Shown here piece after piece: positions 9,694 to 22,199 of a DNA stretch of 64,000 nt (within the stretch, counting starts at the first letter, position 1; every line of letters starts with the position of its first letter). The stretch comes from Okamejei kenojei (taxonomy: Eukaryota). Made by a program: the position numbers and the translations under genes. Location: positions 5,766,001 through 5,830,000 of the forward strand of contig CM069154.1 of the NCBI GenBank assembly GCA_035221665.1, written 5' to 3'. The notes below the pieces were generated by a model. That model was not told where the DNA came from and made no database searches. It saw only the letters and a program-made list of their open reading frames with translations.

Positions 9694-10588
9694 CTTCGGC
9701 CCACCTAGTCCTTGCTGACCAACAATCACCCCATACACTAGTTCGATCCTACACACTGGGGACAAATTACAAAAACTGAATCCAGTTTTATTTCTCAACA
9801 TTAAGTCCATAATTCCTCCCTCCCTCGTTAACATGCTAGCTAAAGAAAATCGGACTTCTTCCCGACCCGAAACATCACCGCTTCACGTTCTCCACCGATG
9901 GACACAAACAGCTAGAGTAACTCAGCAGCATCTCTGGAGAAAAAGAATAGGTGAAGTTTCGGATCGAGACCCTTCTCCAGAGATGCTGCCTGACCTGCTG
10001 AGCTACTTCAGCATTTTGCATCTTTCCTTAGTAAACCAATATCTGCAGTTCCTTGTTTCTACACCCCTTTTGGTCTTGAGTAGATGGGAGCATCTCATCA
10101 GGAAGAAATTAAGATTGACCTTACCTTCTGTAACGTTCAGTTGTACTGGAACCATTTTGTCGTAGCCGAATTGTGCAATGCCGCACCAGTAAAGCCCTGC
10201 ATCATTGGCAGAGAGTTGGGTCACTTTAGTGATAAATTCTCCAGCAGTTTGGTTGTCCACCATTATTATTCTATTGTCAATGTTTTTATGTTGGTTTGCA
10301 GAATTGACCAGAACACTGCAGGATTTCCAATTAGAACCCTTGCACAAGTACTTCTCATGATTCTTGTAATATGCATGATACTGGCACCTTATGGTAACGG
10401 CTCCTCCCAGGGTCCCCGACACTAGCTTCGGCCCAGTTAATGCAGCTGCAAGTACAAAGCACAGTTGGCAATTACTCAAGAGTCCAGCAAAACGCTTGGA
10501 GGTCATCAGAGGACGAGCACTAATGGCTTATTTTGTTGTCTTGGTTTTTTCCTTTGCACTGTCTTCCTTTGTTTTACGGTCTTGGAGT
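9694..10588. repeat. Segmental duplicate of 4179-4457 plus 7663-8278 (IgV exon and flanking intron), lacking the LTR element
   Basis: ~97-98% identical by hand alignment; single AGACC at 9967-9971 where the other copy has the LTR insertion. Confidence 0.93.
10125..10445 (-). CDS. Gene B IgV exon, copy 1 in transcript order
   Basis: 321 nt, phase 1-1, canonical splice sites; 6 nt / 4 aa different from 7816-8136. Confidence 0.88.
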
Positions 10589-10649
10589 CATAGAGTCATG
10601 CAGCGCTGAAACTGGCCCTTCGGCCCAACCTATCCATTCAAAGTAACAT

Positions 10650-10866
10650 CCAGGCACACACAAATGGACACTGACATGTACACATACACAAATACACGCA
10701 CGAGACAAAAACATGCACATCACGTGCATGGACACAAAAACACGCACATATGCATGCGCAAATACACGCATACGCATACATGCACATTGACCTGCACGTA
10801 CACGCCACACAAGCAAACACAAATATTTCACAAACACACCCTACACAACACTCTCACTCTTCTCTG
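10650..10866. repeat. Degenerate (CA)n-rich simple repeat
   Basis: CA/CACG/CATG-rich low-complexity run leading into the gap. Confidence 0.85.
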
Positions 10867-11094
10867 NNNNNNNNNNNNNNNNNNNNNNNNNNNNNNNNNN
10901 NNNNNNNNNNNNNNNNNNNNNNNNNNNNNNNNNNNNNNNNNNNNNNNNNNNNNNNNNNNNNNNNNNNNNNNNNNNNNNNNNNNNNNNNNNNNNNNNNNNN
11001 NNNNNNNNNNNNNNNNNNNNNNNNNNNNNNNNNNNNNNNNNNNNNNNNNNNNNNNNNNNNNNNNNNNNNNNNNNNNNNNNNNNNNNNNNNNNNN
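10867..11094. other. Assembly gap (228 N)
   Basis: Run of N. Confidence 1.
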
Positions 11095-11464
11095 TCTCTC
11101 TGTTTCTTCCCCCCCCCCCCCACCACACACACACACACATGCTCACATTCACGCTCTTCCAGTTCCTTCCTTCAAAAAGCAATTGGTTTAATTACAAGAA
11201 TAAAGAGTTCATAACAATTGGCTAAATTACTCTTTGAAAGACTTAGCACCGACTTCATGGATGGAAAACTTTATTGTCATTCAGACCTTGCAGTCTGAAC
11301 GAAATTACAAACAAACATAGAAAATAGGTGCAGGAGTAGGCCATTTGGCCCTTCGAGCCAGCACCGCCATTCAATATGATCATGGCTGATTATCCAGAAT
11401 CAGTACAATGTTCTTGATTTTTCCCCATATCCCTTGATTCTGTTAGTCCTTAGACACCCAAAAC

Positions 11465-14400
11465 TGGAGGAATCACGTTCTGTAGCTGGAATATAAGGGG
11501 CGCTAATGAACCAATTAAAAGGGGTACGATCTTTGCCCAATTAAAAGCTCTCAACAGTGACATCATTTTTTTTACAAGAAACCCATCTGAAACATCAAAC
11601 ACAGATAAGACTGAAGGCAAATTGGATTGGGCAAACATACTACTCTTCATTTACTTCTAAATCTCGAGGCACGGCTGTTATCATTCGTAAAGGTATACCA
11701 TTTAAATTAAAGAAAACCATAGCAGATAAAGAGGGGAGGTACGTCATTGTCACGGGAGAAATGTATTCTACTCCACTCACTTTGATAAATATTTATGCTC
11801 CTAATTTTGACAACCCCCAATTCTTTAGTAAAATTCTGGATACAATTACAGAACTTAACTATCAAAATGTGATAATAGGGGGAGATTTGAATTGTGTTTT
11901 AGATCCATATCTGGATAAATCAGCAAAACAAAAGAGGATTAACATAAAATCTAAAACTAGTGAACTCCTAAATACATACATGAAAAATACCAACATAACA
12001 GATGTATGGAGGATCGCTAACCCAGTAGGTAGGGAATATTCATTTTATTCAACGGTACATAAAACATATTCACGTATTGATTACTTCTTAGTGGACACAA
12101 AATTAATTCTATATACATATAATTCTAAATATCATAATAGTATTATTTCTGATCATTCCCCGTTAACTTTTTCTTTAAAATTAGAAGGAATGCCTGATAA
12201 AAAATCGTTCTGGAGGTTTAACCCCCAAATCTTAAACAACTCACAAGGTTGCACATATTTAAAATAGCAGATGATATTCTTCTTTGAGATAAATGATACA
12301 CCAGACACTTCACCTTCCTTATTATGGGAAACTTTTAAGGCATTTATTAGAGGAACTATAATTTCATATCAAGCTTTCCAAAATAAAAAGAATAACACTG
12401 AACAATTGCAGTTAGAACAAGAAATTAGACAATTAGATTTAGAAAATGCCAAAGAACCAACTATAGATAAACATATAAGATAACAATACTAAAATATAGA
12501 TTAATTAAAATTTTATCGGCCAGAATAATAAGATTATTTCAAATTACAAAACAAGAAAATTTCGACTTTGAAGATAAACCACATAAACTCATAGCACGCC
12601 AACTGAAAAAACGAGAAACAGAAAATACAATTACTAAAATTAAATCAGACAAAGGGGAATTACTAACACTACCTAAAGATATTAATAAAAGATTTGCTCA
12701 ATTTTATCAAAATTGATATACATCGAAAACCTCTGCAAATAATACTCCAATTGCAAATTTCATAGACAATTGTAATCTTCCAAAATTAAATATGGTGGAA
12801 CAAGAGGGATTAGGAGCTCAGATTACACTTCAGGAAATAGAAGAAACAATAAATTCGTTGAAGAATGGCAAAACGCCAGGACCAGATGGCTTTAGTAATG
12901 AATTCTATAAAAGATTCTACGAGTTAATTTCTCCATGCCTGCAAGAATTATATATACACGCTTTTAAAGAAAATAAACTACCAGTGTGTGGTACGATCCC
13001 GAAATCAAGGCGAGAAGCCAGGTGTAGTGGGAAGTACCTTTTTATTTAGTTCTTTCAAATCGCCAGGAAGTCCATGAGAGAAAGATGGCACCCAAAACCC
13101 TTGCCTTTAAACTCTCTGGTTAAGGGCCACCTACGGACTGAACATTCCTGTGCCGAGGGGTTTGACCGTTGGGATGGCCCGACCCTTGGGATCCGCCACA
13201 CCAGAAACACTAACTGAGTCAACTATTACACTTATACCAAAAAAGGATAAAGATCTAGAAGACCCAGGCTCATATAGAGCCATAGCACTCCTAAATACAG
13301 ATAAAAAAATATTAGCAAAGAGCCTAGCGAGCAGATTGAGTAAATATGTTAGTAAACTAATAAACCCGGACCAAACAGAGTTTATACCAAAGAGATACTC
13401 ATTTAACAATTTGAGACGGCTGTTTAATATAATGTACTCACATAATACTGAAGAAGACCTAGCAATTATTTCATTGGATGCAGAAAAGGCTTTTGATCAA
13501 GTAGTATGGCAATATTTATTCAAAGTATGGCAAAAATTTAACATGGGAGATAAGTTTATCTAATGGGTAACATTATTATACGATAAGCCGACGGCTAGAA
13601 TACTGACTAATAATATATTATCCCCGAAATTCCAATTAGCAAGGGGCAATAGGCAGGGGTGCACACTATCGTCCTTGCTATTTGCACTAGTGATAGAGCC
13701 TTTAGCAGAAAATATAAGAAGCCGTCCGAATATTCATGGATATAATACCAAACACTTAAATAATAAAATCTCATTATATGCAGACGACATATTATTATAT
13801 ATTACAAATTCGCAAATTAGCATACCAAATATACTAAATTTAATAGAGGGATTTGGTTCTTTTTCAGGATATAGAATAAACTGGAACAAAAGCGAAATTA
13901 TGACGATAAAACCTCAAGAGCCGACACATCTGTTGAAATTCCCTTTTAGAATTGCAACAGAAAAATTTAAGTATTTGGGCATCCAAATTACTAGGAAATA
14001 TAAATCATTACTCAATGTAAACTATATGCCTTTATTAACTAAATTAAATGGGTTGATTAAATTTTGGAAAACACTGCCTTAATAGGCAAAATAAATGCGA
14101 TAAAAATGATCTTCTTACCACAAATACGGTACTTATTTCAATCAATACCAATATACTTACCAAAAAAAATCTTTAAAAAACTAGATTCTGATATTATAAA
14201 CTTCATATGGGATTATAAATCACACAGAATTCAAAGAAAACACTTGTGTAAATCTAAAGAATCAGGGGGACTGACGCTCCCTAACTTATTGTATTACTAT
14301 TGGGCAGTGAATATTGGTTGGACAGTTCTGCCCAACAGGTAGATTGGATAAGAATGGAGAAAGAGGATTATTCCCCTTATAATATAGGAGCGATCCTTCT

Positions 14401-15785
14401 TTCCCTGATGAAACTGAACAATATAATATATAAGAAGAATCCAATTATTCACAGTATAATACGAATTTGGAAACAAATAAAATTAACTTTAAAATCAAGA
14501 AAATTATCGCTTCTTTCTCCAATAGTGAATAATCCCTCATTTAAACCATCTATTATTGATGAAACGCTTAATCAATGGGAAAGAATAAGAATGAAAATGA
14601 TGGGAGATATGTATGAAATGGGAAAACTTTTATCATTCCAACAATTACAACTAAAATATAATTTGAAAAGTAATCAATATTTTAAATATTTTCAAATTCA
14701 AGATTATTTGAAAAAATATATACAAGGATATCAAACTCTAACCCCAGATTTATTAGAGGAAGGAATGAATAGAAAGGCAGAATCAAGCAATTTAATATCT
14801 TACTTATATAATATAATTCTAAATATAGAAACACCAATGACAGAGGCAATTAGAAGGGACTGGGAACAAGAGTTATTGATAAATATTCCGAACGATAGAT
14901 GGAAAAAAAATCTATTATATGTAAATAAATGTTCAATTAATGTAAGACATCACCTAATTCAATTTAAAATTTTACATAGATTATATTATTTGAAAACTAG
15001 ACTGAATAAAATATTTTCAAATGTTTCCCCCATCTGTGACAAATGTCTAACTCAAAATGCCACTATAGCACATTCCTTTGTCTCTTGTACAAAACTGCAT
15101 AACTTTTTGGAATGAAATTTTTGGAACTTTTACAAAACTATTTAACACAATATTGAACCCCAATACGGAACTGATTATCTTTGGATCAATGGAAGAGGGA
15201 AGTAAACTAACTATATCCCAAGAAGCTTTTCTTAGTTACGGTTTAATAACAGCAAAAAAAACTTATACTCAAATTTTGGAAATACGCAACCACGCCAACA
15301 TTCAAAATGTGGATTTCAAATATGTCGGAAACGCTACATCTTGAAGAAATGAGATTCCTCCTACTAGGTAAAGTAGACCAAATCTTAAAGACTTGGTCTC
15401 CTTTTATCAACTTTTTACAAGCATATGGTGCAACATAACATAACCTTAGAAATTAAATGGTTTAGAACCGGGTGACGGATGGGACAAAATACGAAATAGG
15501 TAGATCTCTCCTAATCTCTCTTTTCTCTACTTTCTCCTTTTCTTTCAATCTTTTTAGCATCTCATCCCTGTTCTTTATTTCTTTTGCTATCTGTTTCTAC
15601 TCGCTTGTCTATCTATTCCGACACTCTTTATTTCTTTTTTCTCTCACTGTTCTTTTATTATTAAATTAAAAATACAAAGTTGTACAAGAATGGAAATATG
15701 TATGTATGTATTAGGTACTCAAGTACCACACTATTGTACTTACTTTTAACAAAAATAAACAACAACAAAAAAACAACAAAAAAAA
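11465..15785 (+). mobile_element. L1-clade LINE, 5'-truncated at the start of ORF2, decayed
   Basis: APE endonuclease (SWNIRG, FLQETHL, GGDLN, SRIDYF, SDHSP), RT (PGPDG, SLDAEKAFD, LYADD) and C-terminal CDKC...H...C; A-rich tail; 13-bp TSD AGACACCCAAAAC (11452-11464, 15786-15798); multiple stops and frameshifts. Confidence 0.93.
12985..13200 (-). mobile_element. Solo LTR inserted in L1 ORF2
   Basis: TGT...ACA ends, 4-bp TSD CCAG, AATAAA on the minus strand; removing it restores KENKLPETLTES. Confidence 0.8.
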
Positions 15786-16491
15786 AGACACCCAAAACAC
15801 CCAGTGAATTGGCTTCCACTGCCTCCTGTGGCAGAGAATTCCACAGATTCACGACTCGCTGGGTGAAAAGGTTTTTCCTCAATTCAGTCCAAAATGGCCT
15901 TACCCCTTATTCTTAAGCTGTGACCCCTGGTTCTGGACTCCCCCAAGTTAATGGTGGCTTCCTGCACTGAGCCATTCCCGACAATCAATAGTTGGTAATA
16001 ATAATCATACACGAGGCCAGCGATTGTACAGATGACCTGGAGGGTGTGACCATCAAGGCTTGATTTTAGGAATGTTAGCTGAATCAGAACTTCAAACAGT
16101 TTGTCTTGGCATGGACATGTCATCAATTTCTATCCAATTCCAGCAAACACTCTCTTTCCAACAGCTATGAAGGGACTGGTCCCCATTTCCCAGGTTCGAT
16201 CCTGACTACGGGTACTGTCTGTGCATAGTTTGTACGTTCTTCCTGTGACCGCCTGAGTGCTCCCGTTTCCTCCCACATCCCAAAGATATGCAGGTTTGTA
16301 GAAACATAGAAACATAGAAAATAGGTACAGGATTAGGACATTCAGCCCTTTGATATTCAATATGATCATGGCCGATCATCCAAAATCAGTACCTCATTCA
16401 TGCTTTCCTCCCCATATCCCTTATTCTGTTTGTAGATTTAATTGACCCTCTGTAAATTGCCTCTAGTGTATTGGATGTGAATGTGGGTTAC

Positions 16492-16850
16492 CATAGAACT
16501 GGTGTACATATTCATGAAAGGAATAGATCGGGTAGACACACAGAGTCTCTTGCCCAGTGAAGGGGAATCACGAACCACAGGGCATAGATTTAAGGTGAGG
16601 GGGGAAAGATTTAATAGGAATCTAATGGGTAACTTTTTTACACAAAGGGTGGTAGGTGTATGGAACGAACTGCCAGAGGACGTAATAGAGGCAGATACAA
16701 TCGCAATATTTAAGAAACATTTAGACATGTACATGGATGGTACAGGTTTAGTGGGATATGGGCCAAATGGAGGAAGGTGGGACTAGTGTAGATGGGACAT
16801 GTTGGTCGGGGTGGGCAAGTTGGGCCGAAGGACCTGTTTCCATGGTGTAT
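16492..16850 (+). mobile_element. CR1-like LINE 3' fragment
   Basis: SRTTGHRFKVRG...FFTQRVVGVWNELP C-terminal motif plus family 3' UTR. Confidence 0.8.
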
Positions 16851-17228
16851 AACCAATTGTATGACTAGTGTACGGGTAATCGGTGGTCGGAGTGGACTCA
16901 ATAGGCCTAAGTTTCCATGCTGTATCCCTTAATTGGTACATGTGACAATAAACTGACCTTGAAACCATGAAACCTTTCAAAACGTAAACTAAACCAAGCC
17001 CTTTTTTAGACATTTAGAAATTAGTTGAGTCTTGTTCCTGATGCAAATCATTGGGTTGTGAATACAGGAGCAGAACGCATTTAAACCTCAGTGCATTGGC
17101 ATAAGCTCGTGGGATAGGTATTATCTACAGAACATGACCCTGTCTCTAAATATTGTACCATAGTGCCCTTGGTTAGGAAACAAACAACTCCCTCGATAGA
17201 CTTTAAACAGCATTTTTGGGAAGTTTAC

Positions 17229-17357
17229 CAGCAACCGGTTTCACAATCACTGCTGGTCTTTCTATTATCTTCTTAAACTGCTGGGACACCGACACATTTA
17301 ATGACACCCCCCCCATAACTTTCCCCTTCTCTTCCTCTGAGATACTTATTATGTTCA
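17229..17357 (-). CDS. Candidate gene B exon between leader and IgV (VNIISISEEEKGKVMGGVSLNVSVSQQFKKIIERPAVIVKPVA)
   Basis: tttgtcatag acceptor and gtaaac donor; 129 nt, phase 1-1, open in the leader frame; non-repetitive sequence; no homology recognised. Confidence 0.35.
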
Positions 17358-17494
17358 CTATGACAAAGCCTTATACTACAGTCCCTTACAACAGTATTTA
17401 CATTTATACGATTCGATAGGAACTTTATTTTTCCCAGGAGGGAAATTGATCTGCCAAAGGTCATAAAACACAAAATACATGAAAATTTAAATGA

Positions 17495-17770
17495 ATGAGT
17501 TGCTGCCTTACAGCATCAGAGTCCCGGGTCCGATCCTGACTGCGGGTGCTGCCTGTGCGGAGTTTGTACACTCTCCCTGTGACCGTGTGGGTTTTCTCTG
17601 GGTACTCCGGTTTCCTCCCACTTTTTAAAGGCATGCAGGTTTGTAGGTTAATTGGCTTCTGTAAATTGTCCCCAGCATGTAGGATAGAACCAATGTATGG
17701 ATGGTTGCTGGTTGGCGTGGACTTGTGGGCCGAAGGGCCTGTTTTCATGCTGTGTCTTTGAACTAAACCA
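17495..17770 (+). mobile_element. HE1-like V-SINE
   Basis: Family core and tail. Confidence 0.75.
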
Positions 17771-18411
17771 AACACTATATGCCTGAAAGAGTACAACTAC
17801 AAGTATATTTTTTGGGTGCCCTTAAAGGTAAAGTTCTCTGTTTAATAGTAAGATTAAATGAGAACTTACCGGTTCGAAGTTTGATCTTTATTTTATGAGG
17901 AGTTACGATGAGGGATTACGTGAAGAAGCCCCGCCAGGCGCATGCGCGTCATACTTCAAAGCAGCGGCGTGAAAAACACAGAAACCGATAGTCGAAGTAA
18001 TATAGTAAGGCTCACAAAGACCAGAACTACCAGATGATCCTTTAGATTATGAGGGTCGGGCGCGGAGGGCACGTAATCCCTCATCGTAACTCCTCATAAA
18101 ATAAAGATCAAACTTCGAACAGGTAAGTTCTCGTTTAATCTTACTATTTTACTTTGGAGTCACGTGAGTGACTATGTGAAGATTTTAAAGCTCTGTGATT
18201 TTCATGCCATAGATTCATTCCATACGACACACTGCTTCAGTTGACACAGTAGTGAGTAAATAATATATATTGAACATTGCTTGAAATTATGCAATAAGTA
18301 TTTTTATTATAATAATAATAAGAAGAAGAAAGGAACATAATAACCCCTCTATCCCAGGGGGAAATTACAACAAAGGATATGAAAACGAATGATATAAAAC
18401 AAAGCAAACAA

Positions 18412-19343
18412 TCAAACAGAACCCAACACAGCATGTTCAAACCCTGGCACCATGACAACAGGTTTATCGTAAAACTTTGAAAAAGTTTCTTCTTTAGACC
18501 ATCCTGCGGCCTCTAAAATTTGGTCGAGCGGCACGTCCTGTGCCTTCGCTGCGCATGTTGATGCCGCCCTGGTGAAGTGAGATTTAAATACATGAATGTC
18601 TACTCCAGCTAAATCCAGAACCTGTTTTAACCATCTAGAAATAGTTTGTACTGTCACTTTTTTATATGGTTTCTTGTGGGTAATAAGCATTGCTGTCTCA
18701 CAACCTCGGAAACTCTTGGTTACTTCAATATATCGAGTCAGATGCTTAACCACACACAACGTTTGGTCGACAGGGTATGCTTTAAAGATTACCTTGGTTC
18801 CAGCCTTTCCTGGTCTGCTATGGTGAAAATTAGATCATAAACATAAAAAGTAATTTTATCTACAGACAAAGGCATACAATCTAACCGTAACATCTGCAAT
18901 GTTTGAACTCGTTGTGCTGATTCTAATGCCATGAGCATTACCACTTTAAATGTTAACTTCTGAAAAGACAGTGACGTAATTGTGGCCCACTGCCGAAGCA
19001 ATGTAAGAACTACACTGACATCCCAGATTTCTGTATATCTGGGTTTGGGAGGATTTTTATTAAAAATTCCTCTCATAAATCGGGATATTAATGGATGAGA
19101 CCCGATAGATTGACGTTCTGAAAATGGTCCTAAATAGAAGGACAAAGCACTATGAGCACTATTAATGGCACTATAACTCAGGTGCTGATCAAAGTGCAAC
19201 ATAGCAAGGAACTCCAATACACCCGATATGTTTGCAGTATGATAAGATATATCTGACTGTATACGAAAAGCTTCCCATTTCTTTATATGAGACATATATT
19301 GTCTCTTAGTGCTATCTCTCCAAGCTGCAGTTATGACATCCAT
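18412..19343 (-). pseudogene. DIRS tyrosine recombinase (frameshifted)
   Basis: SAM-like N-terminus (AWRDSTKRQY...YSAINSAHSALS), SAQRVQTL, HFTRAAS and AAGWS...FSKFY motifs across ORFs 18789-19343 and 18412-18759. Confidence 0.88.
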
Positions 19344-19381
19344 GGTCCTATCCGACAGTCCAAGCCCTTGTAATGGTCTGG

Positions 19382-22142
19382 TCAGAACCTGCAGGTTAAC
19401 AAATTAATATGATCATGCAATGGATGAACTTCTGTTACTGGTTGTACCAACAAATTACTGCAGCTGGGAATCGTCATAAATGGTTGAGTTATCATTCTGA
19501 GCATCAATGGGAACCATGGCTGTGTAGGCCAGTTTGGAACCACCAAAATGCCCATGGCAGAGTCTTGCTCTATTTTGGCGAGACATTGCCTAATCAGGCA
19601 CAATGGGGGAAAAGCATAGAAGAACATATTTCCCCAATGCAGCGAGAATGCATCCACCGCTACTGCTCCTGGGTCAGGCTCCCATGAGAAGTATTTAGGC
19701 AACTGGTGATTTAATCTAGACGCAAACAGATCAATGTCTGGTAACCCATACTGACTGACAATCTTTTTGAAAACTCGTGGATTATACATCCATTCTGTAT
19801 TGTCTTTGAACTTTCGTGATCTGTTGTCTGCCACAATATTGTCTCTCCCTGGTAGATAGATAGCTGAAAGTCAGATATTCCTAGATATACACCAGTGCCA
19901 CATCAGGTTGACCGGATAATCACATGATACTGATCTTACTCCCCCCCATGTGATTGATATATGCCACAGCTGTGGTATTGTCTACTTATAATTGAACATT
20001 GAATGGTTGCCGATTAGGAAAAGAGGACATGCAACAAGACCTGGGTGTCATGGTACACCAGTCATTGAAAGTAGGCATGCAAGTGCAGCAGGCTGTGAAG
20101 AAAGCGAATGGTATGTTGGCATTCATAGCAAAAGGATTTGAGTGCAAGAGCAGGGAGGTTCTACTGCAGTTGTACAGGGTCTTGGTGAGGCCACACCTGG
20201 AGTATTGCGTACAGTTTTGGTCTCCTAATCTGAGGAAAGACATTCTTGCCATAGAGGGAGTACAGAGAAGGTTCACCAGACTGATTCCTGGGATGGCAGG
20301 ACTTCCATATGAAGAAAGATTGGATAGACTCGGCTTGTACTCGCTGGAATTTAGGAGATTGAGGGGGGATCTTATAGAGATGTACAAAATTCTTAAGGGG
20401 TTGGACAGGCTAGATGCAGGAAGATTGTTCCCGATGTTGGGGAACGCCAGAACAAGAGGTCACAGTTTAAGGATAATGGGGAAGTCTTTTAGGACCAAGA
20501 TGAGAAGATCTTTTTTCACACAGAGAGTGGTGAGTCTGTGGAATTTTCTGCCACAGAAGGTAGTTGAGGCCAGTTCATTGGCTATATTTAAGAGGGAGTT
20601 AGATGTGGCCCTTATGGCTAAAGGGATCAGGGGGTATGGAGGGAAGACAGGTACAGGATACTGAGTTGGATGATCAGCCATGATCATATTGAATGGCGGT
20701 GCAGGCTCGAAGGGCCAAAAGGCCTACTCCTGCACCTATTTTCTATGATTCTATGAACATGCAAGTCCTTCATTGTAGAACAATAAGCTTTTAATCCATA
20801 AAATGCCCCCAATAACTCCAAACAATTGATACCATATGTTTGGAGAATTAAATGCTCTTGGACAATACCTCAACCCCACAGCTGGTGTCGCTGTCCGTAG
20901 CCCCCCATCCAAGAGCACTCACATCAGTTTTTAATACCACTGAAGGTTGCTGAACAAAAGTGTTTTTAGTAGCTTGTGCAACATTCCCAATCCACCATTG
21001 CAATTCAGCTAAAGCTTCCGTTGGTAACGGCATGGACCTATCAAAATGACCTGCACGCTTTTTTAGTGCTTGTTCTCTTGCCTTTTGAAGACTTTGATAA
21101 TGCAGAGGACCAAAGTCGACACAGGAAATGCTGCTACTATTTTACCAATAACCCTAGCTACTTCATGGATGGAGGGATAAGGTTTGTCAGCAAGGCAACT
21201 ACAGGCATTTGTAATATCCCCAACTTTATCTGTTGGCAAACCCTATACTGACATAGCAACTGAATTAATGACAAACCCCAAATAACCAATTGTTTGGGAT
21301 GGCTGTAGCTTAGATTTTGTTGGATGGATCAGAAACCCTAGCCTTTCAAACAGGCTTATAGTTGCTGAAACTGATTCTTCAGCTGATTCCTGAGTGGCAT
21401 TTACAATTAAAATATCATCAAGATAAGCCATGACAATGTGATTTTGAGCCCTTAATAATGCCAGTGCTGGTTTCAATAATTTTGTGACCAGCCTGGGAGC
21501 TGAAGTTAACCCATTAGGTAATGCTTTAAATTGCCACAGCTGACCCATCCAATTAAACTTCAAGTACCTGCGTTAATGATGATGAATTGGCACTGAATAA
21601 TATGCATCTATGGTAGCCATGTAACAGCCTTGTGACAACAACTGCTTTGCAGTGTTGAAGGTGTCAATTTTAAAATGCCTATACTGGACATACAAATTCA
21701 ATTTTGTGAGGTCCAGAATGACTCTACAACCCCCATCTTTCTTTGGTCTGGGGAATATATTGGACACAAATGGTTGCGGATGATTCACCGTTCTTTCAAT
21801 TACTCCTTTTTCGAATAAAGTTTTAACTTCTTTTATCTGAGAAGTTTCTGGTGCAGAAAACACCAAAACCCGATTAGGTTTATTCTGTACAGGTGGATCA
21901 ACTCCTGCCATAAATTCTATTGTAGAACCTGACACAGTATCTGATATAAACCGATCAGATGTTATACAGCACCATTCATCATAAAATAATTGTAATCTAC
22001 CACCAACCGGAGGTTGTTCCCCAAAAGTTTTTTCTGTGATGGAATGAAGTTTTTGCACCTCAGCAAATGACCGTGACGGTCTCCTTCTTCCAACAAATGG
22101 GTTGACATTGGGCTGTGATGGGTAATAATACCTTCTCACCAC
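19382..22142 (-). pseudogene. DIRS pol: RT, RNase H and methyltransferase-like domain; decayed and split by a CR1 insertion
   Basis: PVGGRL, FPRPKKDGGCRVILDL, ALPNGLTSAPR, YLDD, TDVSALGWGA, DNTTAVAYINHMGG, DIDLFASRLN...YAFPP. Confidence 0.9.
20000..20753 (+). mobile_element. CR1-like LINE 3' fragment nested in the DIRS RNase H region
   Basis: RT C-terminal ORF 19999-20664 (LVRPHLEYCVQFWSP), TTCTATG tail, 7-bp TSD TGAACAT (19993-19999, 20754-20760). Confidence 0.9.
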
Positions 22143-22199
22143 TCCCCTGCCTCAGCTTGTTCCTGCTCCGGAATCAAACATTTGTTTTCTTTGGCCATA

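Noticed and set aside
10664-11214. ORFs spanning the N run
   Set aside because: Artefacts of the assembly gap and the CA-rich repeat.
12985-13200. Solo LTR as the same family as the 4458/7442 LTRs (both 216 bp)
   Set aside because: No sequence similarity and a different TSD length (4 versus 5 bp); the equal length is coincidence.
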